Notes: generated by a model not told the origin, from the sequence alone. 64,000 bases of DNA from Deltaproteobacteria bacterium (GCA_034670305.1 JAXMNT010000025.1:1-64000), one strand, 5' to 3'. Counted from the first letter of the stretch, positions 37,532-47,582 are shown. Numbers and translations: made by a program.

Positions 37532-38821
37532 ATGTCCTGCCCCAACTGCGGCCGCGCGAACGACGCTGGCAGCGTGTTCTGCGAACAATGCGGCACACGT
37601 TTGCAGGCGGCCGCGCCTGCGGCCGCATCGGTCTGCGGCCGGTGCGGTGGATCGAATCAGGCAGGCATGCGGTTCTGTGTGCATTGCGGGAACACCCTCC
37701 AAGCGTCGCCCGCGGCACCGGCCCAAGCGTCCCCCGCGGCACCGGCCCAAGCGTCGCCTGCGGCACAGGCCCAAGCGTCGCCCGCGGCACAGGCACCGGC
37801 CGCGCAGCCCGTGCAACCACAACCAGCGCCGCGAGCGGTGGCGACGGTCCCAGAACCTCCCCGCGCGTTCCAGTCCGTGGCCGTGGGTGCGGGCGCGCCT
37901 CAGCCGACCTCCATCTCCGCTTCGGTCGGTGGGCAGCCCGCCCAACCCGTTCAACCGGTCGGATCCACGGGTGGGCCCGTGTGTTGGCGTTGCCGTGGGG
38001 TCGGCGACTCGGGCGGCGGAGACTTCTGCAAGTTCTGCGGCGCCCGCTACGCCGACGAAGGGACCGCCGGACTTCCGGCTCAGTCCGCCTTCGGATCCAC
38101 GGCGCCCGGGGCTCCGGTGGCGGCGCCCGTTGCGCAGCAGACGCCGGCGGCGGCGACCGGAAGCGGCATGTTGGTCTCGATCCTCAAGGATGGGTCGGAC
38201 GGACAGGCATACCCCGTCCTCGGCCAGCAGACCGACATCGGCCGGGTGGAAGGCGACGTCACGTTGCCCGACGACCCCTACCTCTCTCCACGGCACGCGC
38301 GCATTCGCGCACAGGGCAACGCGTTCGTCTTGCAGGACCTCGCGAGCGTCAATGGCGTGTACGTCCGGCTCCGCGATGCGCACGAGATCCAAGACGGCGA
38401 GAGCATCCTCTTGGGTCAGCAAGTGCTCCGTTTCGAGATCCTGGACGACTCCGAGATCTCCCTTGGACCGGCCAGCAACCGCGGTGTGCTGGCGTTCGGT
38501 ACCCCAGAAGTCCCGCGATACGCCCGACTCGTGCAGTACACGACAGAGGGGGTAGGCCGCGACATCCATTACCTGTATCGTGACGAAACCGTGCTCGGCC
38601 GCGAAATTGGCGATGTGGTCTTCACGGACGACCCCTTCTTGTCCCGACGTCATGCGGCGATTCGAATCGAACGGTCTACCAAAAAGGTGACCTTGAGAGA
38701 CCTTGGATCGTCCAATGGGACGGCCGTCCGGTTGCGCGGGGAACGACCTCTTCAACCTGGCGATCAATTTCGCGTGGGACGACATCTTTTCCGATTCGAT
38801 CAACCTGGTGCACCTCGATGA
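37532..38821 (+). CDS. Zinc-ribbon + double FHA domain protein
   Basis: Three pairs of CxxC motifs and two FHA motifs (IGR...DPYLSPRHA...SVNG; LGR...DPFLSRRHA...SSNGT). Confidence 0.9.
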   Translation: MSCPNCGRANDAGSVFCEQCGTRLQAAAPAAASVCGRCGGSNQAGMRFCVHCGNTLQASPAAPAQASPAAPAQASPAAQAQASPAAQAPAAQPVQPQPAPRAVATVPEPPRAFQSVAVGAGAPQPTSISASVGGQPAQPVQPVGSTGGPVCWRCRGVGDSGGGDFCKFCGARYADEGTAGLPAQSAFGSTAPGAPVAAPVAQQTPAAATGSGMLVSILKDGSDGQAYPVLGQQTDIGRVEGDVTLPDDPYLSPRHARIRAQGNAFVLQDLASVNGVYVRLRDAHEIQDGESILLGQQVLRFEILDDSEISLGPASNRGVLAFGTPEVPRYARLVQYTTEGVGRDIHYLYRDETVLGREIGDVVFTDDPFLSRRHAAIRIERSTKKVTLRDLGSSNGTAVRLRGERPLQPGDQFRVGRHLFRFDQPGAPR

Positions 38822-40998
38822 GTGACAGCGAGCCCGAGGAGCGGGAGATCGACGACGGCGAGGAGTCGGGCGTCGAGACCAAGTCGGACTCGTCCGACGA
38901 AGCGACCGACGAGCGCGAGGATTCGAACGACGCCGAAGACGGTGGAGACGATTCGAACGAATCCGACGACTCGGAAGACGACAGCGATTCCGACGACGAT
39001 TCCGACGACGATTCCGACGACGATTCCGACGACGATTCCGACGACGATTCCGACGACGATTCTGGCGACGACGATTCTGGCGACGACGATTCGGGCGACG
39101 ACGACGATTCGGGCGACGACGACGATTCGGGCGACGACGATTCCGGCGACGACGAAGATGGTTCTGACGAGGACGAAGACGACGACGAAGATTCCGCTGC
39201 GGACGAGGACGAGGAAGAACCCGGTTCCATCGAGTTTCGCTACTTCGGAACCTCCGACGTCGGCCTCGTGCGCGAGCACAACGAAGACAACTTCGCGATC
39301 GTGGATCTCGGCACCGGCGAGTCTTACTGCGGGGGCGAAGGCGAAACCGCCAAGCCGCAAGAAGAGACCCAGTCCGGTGAGGTCGCGCCCAAGGGCATGA
39401 TCTGGTCGGTCTGCGACGGCATGGGCGGCGCGGCCGCTGGTGAAGTCGCGAGCCGCATGGCCGTCGACACCATTCGTGAGGTCATGCTCGCCGGTGGACC
39501 TCCGCGCGACCGGGACATGTTCGCTCGGCGGTTGGTCTTCTCCATCGAAGAGGCGGGCGCTCGGATCTTCAGCGCGGCCAAGATGGACCGCGGCAAACGC
39601 GGCATGGGCACCACCGCCACGGTGGCCGGCCTCATCGATCAGATTCTTTTCGTCGGGCAGGTCGGCGACAGCCGCTGCTACGTGCTCCGCGAAGGTCAGC
39701 TTGGTCTCATCACCAAAGACCAGTCGCTCGTGAACCAGCTCATCGAAGCGGGTCAGCTGACCGAAGAAGAAGCGGAAGCATTCGAGCACTCGAACATCAT
39801 CCTGCAGGCGCTCGGCACCACCGAAGACGTCACCGTTGACCTGACCTTCCTCGAGGTCCGCCGCGGCGACCGCTTGATGCTGTGCTCGGACGGTCTGTCC
39901 GGGCTCGTGCACACCGACATGATTCGCGAAGTCATGGGAGACGGGGACGACCTGCACGCCATCGCCAACCGCTTGGTCGAGATGGCCAACGGTGGAGGCG
40001 GCCACGACAACATCACGTGTGTGATGGTGGATTTGACCGGCGACGGGCTGAAGACCTCCGAGGGCGCGACCGCGCCCGTGTACATGCAGTACCCGCTCCC
40101 GCCCGCCACCGAAGACGAAGGTCTTCCGATGCGGGAGCCGACGATGAAGGCGTCGATCCGCAAGCCGGGATCCGACGTCAAGCGGGACCCTTACGACAGC
40201 ATGGCGCCTCCGGCGGAAGTGCCGACCAGCCGCTCCGCGTGGGGGTTGCTCGTGGCGCTCTTGTTGCTCGTCGGCCTGGTGCTCGCGGTGGTGTTCATGA
40301 CCCGCGAACCGGAACCCGAGCCCATCCGTGAGACGCCGCGGACCGAGGTGGTGGACGAGCCGGAGCAGGTGGAAGTCTGCGTGCGAAGCGACGTGCGGAA
40401 CGGCGAGCTGTACGTAGACGAACAACCGTACGGCCGCATCTCGGAGGGCAGCCGGGTCTGTGTCGAGCTGTTGCCGGGATCCTACCGGTTCGAGGCACGC
40501 GTCGACGGCAGTGCGGTGGCCGGGTCCACGCTGACGGTGCGCGAAGGCGTGCCCGCGGATCTCGATCTGCGCTTGCCGGAAGGGGCCACCCAGACGGCGC
40601 TCGACCCGGACGGCGAGCCGATCGACCCCGAGGACGGGGATCCCGAAGACGGGGATCTCGAGGACGGGGATCCCTTGGACGACCCGGTCGATCCTGAAGA
40701 CGACCCGGAGCCCACCCGGATGCAGACCGCCACCCAGATGGGCACCGACGGCGAGACCGCAACCATGACCGCGACCATGACCCCGACCATGACCACCGCC
40801 ATGGCGCCGACCATGACGACTGCGACCATGACGACTGCGACCATGACGACTGCGACCATGACGACCGCGACCATGACGACCGCAACCATGACGACCGCGA
40901 CGATGACGACCGACACCACGGCGACGATGACCACCGCGACGATGACGACGACGATGTCGGACACCACCGGTGTGCCCGACAACCCGTTCGGCGAATGA
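38818..40998 (+). CDS. PP2C (Stp1-like) Ser/Thr phosphatase with acidic N-terminus, TM, PEGA-like domain and Thr/Met-rich tail
   Basis: SDVGLVREHNEDN, VCDGMGG, GMGTT, VGDSRCY, LCSDGLS and GGHDNIT motifs. Confidence 0.92.
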   Translation: MSDSEPEEREIDDGEESGVETKSDSSDEATDEREDSNDAEDGGDDSNESDDSEDDSDSDDDSDDDSDDDSDDDSDDDSDDDSGDDDSGDDDSGDDDDSGDDDDSGDDDSGDDEDGSDEDEDDDEDSAADEDEEEPGSIEFRYFGTSDVGLVREHNEDNFAIVDLGTGESYCGGEGETAKPQEETQSGEVAPKGMIWSVCDGMGGAAAGEVASRMAVDTIREVMLAGGPPRDRDMFARRLVFSIEEAGARIFSAAKMDRGKRGMGTTATVAGLIDQILFVGQVGDSRCYVLREGQLGLITKDQSLVNQLIEAGQLTEEEAEAFEHSNIILQALGTTEDVTVDLTFLEVRRGDRLMLCSDGLSGLVHTDMIREVMGDGDDLHAIANRLVEMANGGGGHDNITCVMVDLTGDGLKTSEGATAPVYMQYPLPPATEDEGLPMREPTMKASIRKPGSDVKRDPYDSMAPPAEVPTSRSAWGLLVALLLLVGLVLAVVFMTREPEPEPIRETPRTEVVDEPEQVEVCVRSDVRNGELYVDEQPYGRISEGSRVCVELLPGSYRFEARVDGSAVAGSTLTVREGVPADLDLRLPEGATQTALDPDGEPIDPEDGDPEDGDLEDGDPLDDPVDPEDDPEPTRMQTATQMGTDGETATMTATMTPTMTTAMAPTMTTATMTTATMTTATMTTATMTTATMTTATMTTDTTATMTTATMTTTMSDTTGVPDNPFGE

Positions 40999-41017
40999 CC
41001 TCGATCCGGGGCCGCTC

Positions 41018-42382
41018 TTGATTCGTCTTCAGCAGACCTTCGGCGCCCACACCGGACGCAGCTACGCGTTTCAAAAAGCGGTGGTGCGCATCGGACGCAT
41101 GCCGGACTCGGATGTCGTCTTCGACGCGCACGCGGACCTGGACGCGTCGGGCCGGCATGCCGAGCTCCGACACGAAGGCAGCGCGTGGGTGCTGGTGGAC
41201 GTCGGCAGTCGCAACGGCACCTTCGTCAATGGGCAGCGCATCCAGCGTCACTCGATCGCGCACGGCGACGAGATCGAGTTCGGACCCGGGGGGCCGCGGC
41301 TGACGGTGGAGCTGAGCGCTCCGGCGGCGCCTTCGGTCGCGCCGCCGGGCGGCATGCCGGCCCGTCCAGACGCAGCGACCATGGCCTCGAGCCCCACGCC
41401 TGAGGTCGGGTCGCGACCCGATGCCCCGACGATGGGTGCGACCCCCGCCTCGGTCCCACCACCTCCGATGGGCAAGCCGACGCAGGTGGACGAGGTCGTG
41501 GGTGACGCCGAGACGATGATGGCGACACCGAAGCCTGCGACCTCGCCTGGGCCGACGCCGCCGTCGGGCTTGCCGTCTGCGGCGGAGGTACCCGAGCCGA
41601 AACTCTACGGCCAGAAGACCGTCGGCGAGATGATGATCAAGGCGGTCCAGGAAGCGCGGGCCAGCGCCACGCCCGAATCGACACGGCCCACCCGCTGGAA
41701 GTTGGCGGCGGTGGTGTTGGCCCTGCTCGTGGTGGGGGTGGTCGTCGCCACCGTGGTCGTGATGAGCCGAGGCCCGGCCGGCGCGCCGGATCCAGCGCAC
41801 ATCACCGCGGCCAACGCCACGGCGCTCTACCGCGTGGTCGCCCAGGACGGTCCCAACGAACAGACGCTGTGCTCCGCGTTTGCGGTCGCGCCCGGCATGC
41901 TCGCCACCACCGCGCGTTGTGCGCATCAGGTCGAGGCGAAACGCGCCGCCGGACAGACCGTACAAGTGGGGCAGAGCCATCAGATGCACCCCATCGGCCG
42001 GGTGTACCGCCACCCGAACCACGTGGAGGGATCCACCGGCGCCAACGTCGGGCTCATCGAGGTCACGGACGCCGCCACCGGAGTGGTGTCGATGGCGCCC
42101 GCGATGACGTTGGATGTGGTTCGCCATGGCACCACGCTGCTCGCGTTCGGCTACGCGCACGGGACGGCCAACGGCGCGCTGGTCGAGGTGGATCGCGTCG
42201 AGCCGCTGCCCACGGGCGGACGACTCTTCCACCACGACGGCACGGTCTCGGAGGGTTCCGCACTCTTCGATGCCTCGGGCCTTGTCGTGGGTGTCCATGT
42301 GGTCGACGGGGACACCCTCGAAGGCACCGGGCACGCGGTGGGCTCGGATCTGATCGCCGCGTTGCTCGCGGGCATGCAGTAG
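41018..42382 (+). CDS. FHA domain + TM + degenerate trypsin-like domain protein
   Basis: FHA motif RIGR...ASGRHAE...SRNGTFVNG and a trypsin-like fold without the catalytic triad. Start is TTG 41018, or ATG 40995 with a 1-nt indel. Confidence 0.82.
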   Translation: MIRLQQTFGAHTGRSYAFQKAVVRIGRMPDSDVVFDAHADLDASGRHAELRHEGSAWVLVDVGSRNGTFVNGQRIQRHSIAHGDEIEFGPGGPRLTVELSAPAAPSVAPPGGMPARPDAATMASSPTPEVGSRPDAPTMGATPASVPPPPMGKPTQVDEVVGDAETMMATPKPATSPGPTPPSGLPSAAEVPEPKLYGQKTVGEMMIKAVQEARASATPESTRPTRWKLAAVVLALLVVGVVVATVVVMSRGPAGAPDPAHITAANATALYRVVAQDGPNEQTLCSAFAVAPGMLATTARCAHQVEAKRAAGQTVQVGQSHQMHPIGRVYRHPNHVEGSTGANVGLIEVTDAATGVVSMAPAMTLDVVRHGTTLLAFGYAHGTANGALVEVDRVEPLPTGGRLFHHDGTVSEGSALFDASGLVVGVHVVDGDTLEGTGHAVGSDLIAALLAGMQ

Positions 42383-42437
42383 AGCTGCGCGAAAGCGCAG
42401 CTCCCCTTGCCCGTGCCCGTGCCCTTGCCCTTGCCCT
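42382..42437. terminator. GAAA-tetraloop hairpin plus (CCCTTG/CCCGTG)n tract
   Basis: GAGCTGCGC-GAAA-GCGCAGCTC directly at the stop codon, between convergent genes. Confidence 0.55.
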
Positions 42438-42442
42438 CGGTT

Positions 42443-42597
42443 CCGAAGCCGACCCCGAAGCCGAAGCCGACCCCGAAGCCGAAGCCGACCCCGAAGCCGA
42501 CCCCGAAGCCGACCCCGAAGCCGACCCCGAAGCCGACGCCGACGCCGAAGCCGACGCCGACGCCGACGCCGACGCCGAAGCACACGCCGACGCCGCC
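42443..42597. repeat. (GCCGAA/GCCGAC/CCCGAA)n hexamer tract
   Basis: Period-6/12 repeat between convergent genes. Confidence 0.92.
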
Positions 42598-42602
42598 GTT
42601 CC

Positions 42603-43334
42603 TCACGCCGGTGGGGACTGGTGGCCTTGTACGTTTCGTTTCTGTGGCGCGTTGAGGGTCTGGATGCGGTCGAGGTAGCGTGCGAGGTTTCTGAAGGAGG
42701 TGACCTGGTCTCGGTACCAGGGCGTCAGCCCGCTCCGGAGGCTGTGGAGCTGGGCGAAGATCGCGAGGTCTGCGACGCTCGGGTGGGGGGTGCACCAGTA
42801 GCCGTTCTTGGGCGCGCGCTTGTCCAGCTGGGCGAGACGCACGAGGAACTGTCGGCGGAACTCGACCTGCCCACGCCGCAGCGGCGACACCGACCCGGCC
42901 ACGCGCTCGCGCATGGGAAGCACGACCGCATCGGGGGCGGGCCCGAAGAACGCGGGGCGGGTGCGTTGCCAGCTCTCGTCGTCGCCCCAGCGGGCGCCGA
43001 TGAGGAACGCGTTCAGATCCGAGTCGGCCATCTCCTCCCAGAGCTGCGCTTCGACGTCCTTGGCATCGAACGCGTCCGGTCGCAGGGCGGCGATGCGTTT
43101 CAGGATGTCGGTCGAGTCGATCACGACGTCGCCGTCGAGCTTGAGGACGGGGACCTGACCGGCCGGGTTGAGATCGTTCCAGTCGATCGGCTTCTGCCGA
43201 TGCTCGGACGTGTACGGCAACCCCGCGAGCTGGAGTGCCCGATGCACTTTCAGGACGAACGGGGAGTAACTGGGGAGGGCGGGATCGTCGGTGGTTCCGA
43301 CTTCGCAAACAATGAGTTGTGGGGTCTTGGCCAT
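42603..43334 (-). CDS. Glutathione S-transferase family protein
   Basis: [29 protein letters not shown] and [12 protein letters not shown] motifs. Confidence 0.88.
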   Translation of the reverse strand: MAKTPQLIVCEVGTTDDPALPSYSPFVLKVHRALQLAGLPYTSEHRQKPIDWNDLNPAGQVPVLKLDGDVVIDSTDILKRIAALRPDAFDAKDVEAQLWEEMADSDLNAFLIGARWGDDESWQRTRPAFFGPAPDAVVLPMRERVAGSVSPLRRGQVEFRRQFLVRLAQLDKRAPKNGYWCTPHPSVADLAIFAQLHSLRSGLTPWYRDQVTSFRNLARYLDRIQTLNAPQKRNVQGHQSPPA

Positions 43335-43422
43335 GGGGGCTCCTTCGGCGGACACAGGTGGTGTCTGGGTGAGCACGCACCCTGCCTTGTCCGAGTGTCA
43401 CCTTTATGTCAGGTTATGTCGG

Positions 43423-44058
43423 GTGACCCGGACCGTGCGACTTTTGGCCATGACGGAGCTGCTGCGGGCTCGGCGCACCGGCATCACAGCGGCGGAAATC
43501 GCCGAGCACTTCGGTGTCACCCTGCGGACGGTGTACCGCGACCTCGCGGCGCTCAAAGTCGCCGAACTGCCGCTGCGGGCAGACCGGGGTCGGGGCGGCG
43601 GCTACGCGCTCGACCGGAGCTACACCCTACCGCCGGTGAACTTCACAGCGCGGGAGGCCGCGGTGCTGATCGCCGCGGGCGAATGGCTGTCGAGGATGCG
43701 GGTCCTGCCCTTCGCGAACACGCTCACGGGCGCCGTGCACAAACTGCGGGCGGCTCTCGGCGAGCGGGGGCAGCGCGAACTGGAACGACAGCTGGACCGC
43801 ATCGACTTCGTTGGTGTGCCGGCACGCGAGGTCGCACCGCGGGCACGCGAGGCGATCGAGCGGGCATTCTTCGAGCGCCGTCCGGTCGAGCTGACCTACC
43901 GAGGCGCCCGCCGAACCGACGCGCTCCGAACCCGCTCGGTCCGCATCGAGTCCATCGTGATGGACCGTTCCGAGACCTTGCTCAACACCGTCGACACGGA
44001 CACCGGCGACGAACGTCAGCTCCGCTTGCACCGCATCGAACAAGCGATCGTGCAGTAG
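43423..44058 (+). CDS. HTH-WYL transcriptional regulator (YafY/PafBC-like)
   Basis: TAAEIAEHFGVTLRTVYRDLAAL, GRGGGYAL, LPPVNFT, RQLRLHRI. Confidence 0.9.
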   Translation: MTRTVRLLAMTELLRARRTGITAAEIAEHFGVTLRTVYRDLAALKVAELPLRADRGRGGGYALDRSYTLPPVNFTAREAAVLIAAGEWLSRMRVLPFANTLTGAVHKLRAALGERGQRELERQLDRIDFVGVPAREVAPRAREAIERAFFERRPVELTYRGARRTDALRTRSVRIESIVMDRSETLLNTVDTDTGDERQLRLHRIEQAIVQ

Positions 44059-44070
44059 ACGCCGAGACTT

Positions 44071-45639
44071 CTACTCGGCCGCGAGTTCGTACGGATAGGC
44101 CACCGAGAGCTCTTCCTGCGTGAAGCGCGGGAAGCGCAGGCTCTGCACCACGTTGGCCATGCAGATGCCGTCGTCCGGATTGCCGACCCCTTCGGCCACT
44201 GCGCCGGTCACTTCGCCGGTCTCGCCCCGCACCGTGAAGCGCAGCACGACGTGTCCCGTGAACGAAGGCGCGCATCCTTCGAGCGCACCCCGCAGCGGCT
44301 GCATCGTGGCGATGATCGCTTCGCGGGGCGGGGTCTCGGGAAGCGGAGGCGCGGGCGCTTCACCGCCGAGCGCGCGCAACCCTTCCCGCGCGGTCATGTT
44401 GTTCCGGTCGAGACGCATGGCTTGCTGGAGCGCCGCGACGGCTGCTTCGCGCTGGTTGTTCTGCGCGAGCGCACGACCGAGCAGGACGAAGTAGTTGGAG
44501 TTGGTGTCCTCCAGCTGGACCGCCTGCTGGAACGCGCGCACCGCGCCGCCCATGTCGCCCATGGCCGCGCGGGCGTTGCCGATGCCGACGAAGGTACCTG
44601 CATGGTTGGGCTCGATCTGCGCGGCGGCTTCGTACGCACCGGACGCCGCCGGGTAGTTGCGAAGTCGGAACTGCGCTCGGGCTTGCTGCCGCAGGGCCTC
44701 GGCGGCTGAGACTCCGGACACCTGCACATTGGTGTTGTGGTTCGGGTTCTGACGCATCGTGGGCGCCTGATGCATGGTGGGCGGCGCCTGGACGGCGACC
44801 TGGGCCTGTGCCGACGCGCCACCCCATTCGACGAACGCGCGTGCGGCGCGCGGGGAGAGACCGAGCAACGACTCTGCGGCGTCGCTCCCACCGCGTCGCC
44901 CGACCGCCGAGGCAATGCACCGCGCGAGGCCCGGGGTGGGTCCGACGTGCCAGGCACGCATCTGGGATTCGCGATCGCTGGAGCCGCCGGGGCACGCTTC
45001 CATCAGGGCCAGCACGCCGCGGCCGCGGTCGTCGTTCCTGAGGCTGCGGGGCACACCGAGCATCGCCTCGCGGAGTCCCCGCGCGACCTCACGAGCGACC
45101 CGGCGGTTCACGCGCGCGCTGCGCAACTCGCGCTCGAGCTCGGACCCATCGTCGGGCGGGATGTAGGGGAGGGCGGCGGGTGTGAGTGTCGCGGCGGCCA
45201 CGAGCGCGTCGCACTCCCCCATGGTGACGCCGTAGGTGTTCGCGCACAGCACCGAACCGTTTCGCTGCCGGGGAAAGAGCGCCGCGAGTACTTGCACGTT
45301 CATGCCGCTCTGCATGCGCTCCAGGGTTGCCTGCAAGCGGGCTGCGTACTCGTTGCGGGGAGGCGCACCGGCGCCGAAGATGGCCGAGTGCACCGCCCGG
45401 CGAAGGTCCGTGTCGAACGCGTTGCCCCCGTTGGCGGCATCGGCTTGCAGGTCGGCGTCGATCCGCGAGGCGAGTGCGCGCGCGGTGTCGCGCGGCATCT
45501 GTCCATTCTGCACGAGTCGTTGGACCACGCCCGGGTCCTGCGCGTGCGCCGAGGGCGCGACGCAGAAGAGGACCAAGGCTGTCGCCACCGGGAGGCCAAG
45601 GGCCAGGGTGGGTCGTGCGGAGAAAGATCGTGTCGTCAT
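44071..45639 (-). CDS. Secreted TPR protein with C-terminal AgmX/PglI (TonB-C-like) domain
   Basis: Signal peptide ending SAHAQ, 3-4 TPRs, C-terminal VVLRFTVRG...CMANVVQSLRFPRF...VAYPY. Confidence 0.75.
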   Translation of the reverse strand: MTTRSFSARPTLALGLPVATALVLFCVAPSAHAQDPGVVQRLVQNGQMPRDTARALASRIDADLQADAANGGNAFDTDLRRAVHSAIFGAGAPPRNEYAARLQATLERMQSGMNVQVLAALFPRQRNGSVLCANTYGVTMGECDALVAAATLTPAALPYIPPDDGSELERELRSARVNRRVAREVARGLREAMLGVPRSLRNDDRGRGVLALMEACPGGSSDRESQMRAWHVGPTPGLARCIASAVGRRGGSDAAESLLGLSPRAARAFVEWGGASAQAQVAVQAPPTMHQAPTMRQNPNHNTNVQVSGVSAAEALRQQARAQFRLRNYPAASGAYEAAAQIEPNHAGTFVGIGNARAAMGDMGGAVRAFQQAVQLEDTNSNYFVLLGRALAQNNQREAAVAALQQAMRLDRNNMTAREGLRALGGEAPAPPLPETPPREAIIATMQPLRGALEGCAPSFTGHVVLRFTVRGETGEVTGAVAEGVGNPDDGICMANVVQSLRFPRFTQEELSVAYPYELAAE

Positions 45640-45848
45640 GCGTTTGTTGGGTCGTTCGGTCGCCGGGAGAACCGGTGTGCCGGTAAGGACGGACCGCCAG
45701 GGTGGCGTATTCTTCGGATCTACCGGGGGGATGGCAAGCGGCCTGGTCCCCGTCGTCGAAACACGGCAAATTGTTCGGGGATCCGCCCTTGTTGTCCAGG
45801 AAGTGGGGCGTGTGTGCCGAACAGGCGCACCGCGCAGGTGGCGGACGC

Positions 45849-47582
45849 TCAGGCCTTCGGGCGGATCGCGGAGGCCAGATCGGACGCGAGGCGCTCGAGG
45901 AGCGCGTCGCCGCGTGCGCGGGCGACGTCGATGGTCTCGTCTTCCGCAACTTCGACCCGGAGGTCGAAGTACTGCTTGAGTTTGGGTTCGGTGCCGCTCG
46001 GACGGAGCATCACTCGGTGTCCCCCGTCGAGTTCGAAGATGACGAGGTTGGCGGGGGGCAGATCCGCCGCGGTGGTGTCGCCGTTCGCGGTGCGGGTGCC
46101 CGCGCGCAGGTCCGTCGTGGCAACGACGGAGAGCCCAGCCAAGGTGGCGGGCGGTGCGGTGCGTGCGCGCTCCATCGCCGCCTGGATCTGGGCCGCGCCA
46201 TCGGTTCCGGGCAGAACCCACGACACCTGCTTGTTCAGGTACATGCCGTAGGTGCGCCACGCGCTTTCGAGCTCGTCGACGATCGTTCGACCGCGTTCGG
46301 CGCACCATGCGGCCATCTCCGCAGCGAAGACGGCGGCACTGATTCCATCCTTGTCGCGGATGACCGGACCGACCGCGTAGCCGAGCGCTTCTTCGTACCC
46401 GAGCACGAGCTCGTAGCCTTCGGCGTCGAGCGCCTTCGCGCGGGCGTGGATCCACTTGTGGCCGGTGAGTGTTTGTTCGGCCCGCACGCCGGTGTGGGCG
46501 CCGATCGCACCGAGCATTGCAGTGCTCACGATGCTGCTGAGCACCAGCGGCTTGCGGTCGGTGCGGGACCACGGCCGCGCCGTGAGCGCGTAGTGCGCGA
46601 GCAAGCAGCCGATCTGATCTCCGGTGAGGTTCACGTACCGGCCGTCGTGCAGAATCGACATCGCGAGGCGGTCCGCGTCGGGGTCGTTCGCGAGCACCAA
46701 GTGCGCGCGCTTTTCGGCGGCTAGGGCCAGCACCAGATCCATCGCCCCGTCTTCTTCCGGGTTCGGAAACGCGACGGTCGGGAACGTACCATCGGGCGCC
46801 TGCTGCGATGCCACCACGGAGACGTCTTCGAAGCCCGCCCGCGCGAGCGCGTCGACGACCACGTCGCCGCCGACGCCGTGCATGGCGGTGTAGGCGATTC
46901 GGAGTTCGACGGGTTTCGCGAGCACGTCGAGCCGGATGTCGGCCGCATACTGGGTGTACGCGTCCCGCAGGTCGGCGCCGATCGCCGTGTGGCGGGGCGA
47001 AGAGAGATCGGTGCGTGCGACGGAGCGGACACTCGGCACCGCGTCGATGGCGGCGGCGATCTTGGCGTCGACGGGCGGCACGATCTGCGACCCCATCCAG
47101 TAGACCTTGCACCCGTTGTACTCGGGCGGGTTGTGGCTGGCGGTCACCACCAGCGCGGCCGGCGCCTGCAGTTCGTTGCTGGCGAAGACGACCATCGGCG
47201 TAGGCGCTGGCTGCTCGAAGAGCGCGACGCGGAATCCGGCACCGAGCAACACCTCCGCAGCGGCGGTCGCGAGCCCTCGACTCGTCCGGCGGGCGTCGAA
47301 CCCGATCACCACCGGCGCCTCCGGCACGCCTCGACAGGCTTCGAGTGCGTACGCGACCAGCCCCGCGGTCATGCGCACGATGGTGGCCTGGTTCATCCGG
47401 TTCGGTCCGCCGCCCATCAGGCCGCGCAAGCCCGCGGTGCCGAACTGCAACCGGCCGCGGAAACGTTCGGCGAGGTCGGCTTCGTCGCCAGCCTCCAGCA
47501 ACGCCTCGAGTTCGGCGCGCGTCTCCGCTTCAGGGTCGTCCTCAATCCACGCGCGAACGGTGGCGGCCAGGGTCTCGTCCAT
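45849..47582 (-). CDS. Phospho-sugar mutase (PGM/PMM family)
   Basis: FGTAGLRG, TASHNP, DPDADR, GYEEALG, RDKDG and RPSGTEPK motifs. Confidence 0.95.
   Translation of the reverse strand: MDETLAATVRAWIEDDPEAETRAELEALLEAGDEADLAERFRGRLQFGTAGLRGLMGGGPNRMNQATIVRMTAGLVAYALEACRGVPEAPVVIGFDARRTSRGLATAAAEVLLGAGFRVALFEQPAPTPMVVFASNELQAPAALVVTASHNPPEYNGCKVYWMGSQIVPPVDAKIAAAIDAVPSVRSVARTDLSSPRHTAIGADLRDAYTQYAADIRLDVLAKPVELRIAYTAMHGVGGDVVVDALARAGFEDVSVVASQQAPDGTFPTVAFPNPEEDGAMDLVLALAAEKRAHLVLANDPDADRLAMSILHDGRYVNLTGDQIGCLLAHYALTARPWSRTDRKPLVLSSIVSTAMLGAIGAHTGVRAEQTLTGHKWIHARAKALDAEGYELVLGYEEALGYAVGPVIRDKDGISAAVFAAEMAAWCAERGRTIVDELESAWRTYGMYLNKQVSWVLPGTDGAAQIQAAMERARTAPPATLAGLSVVATTDLRAGTRTANGDTTAADLPPANLVIFELDGGHRVMLRPSGTEPKLKQYFDLRVEVAEDETIDVARARGDALLERLASDLASAIRPKA

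Noticed and set aside
43423-44058. WYL protein as a marker of a defence island
   Set aside because: It is YafY-type, divergent from a GST, with no defence genes adjacent
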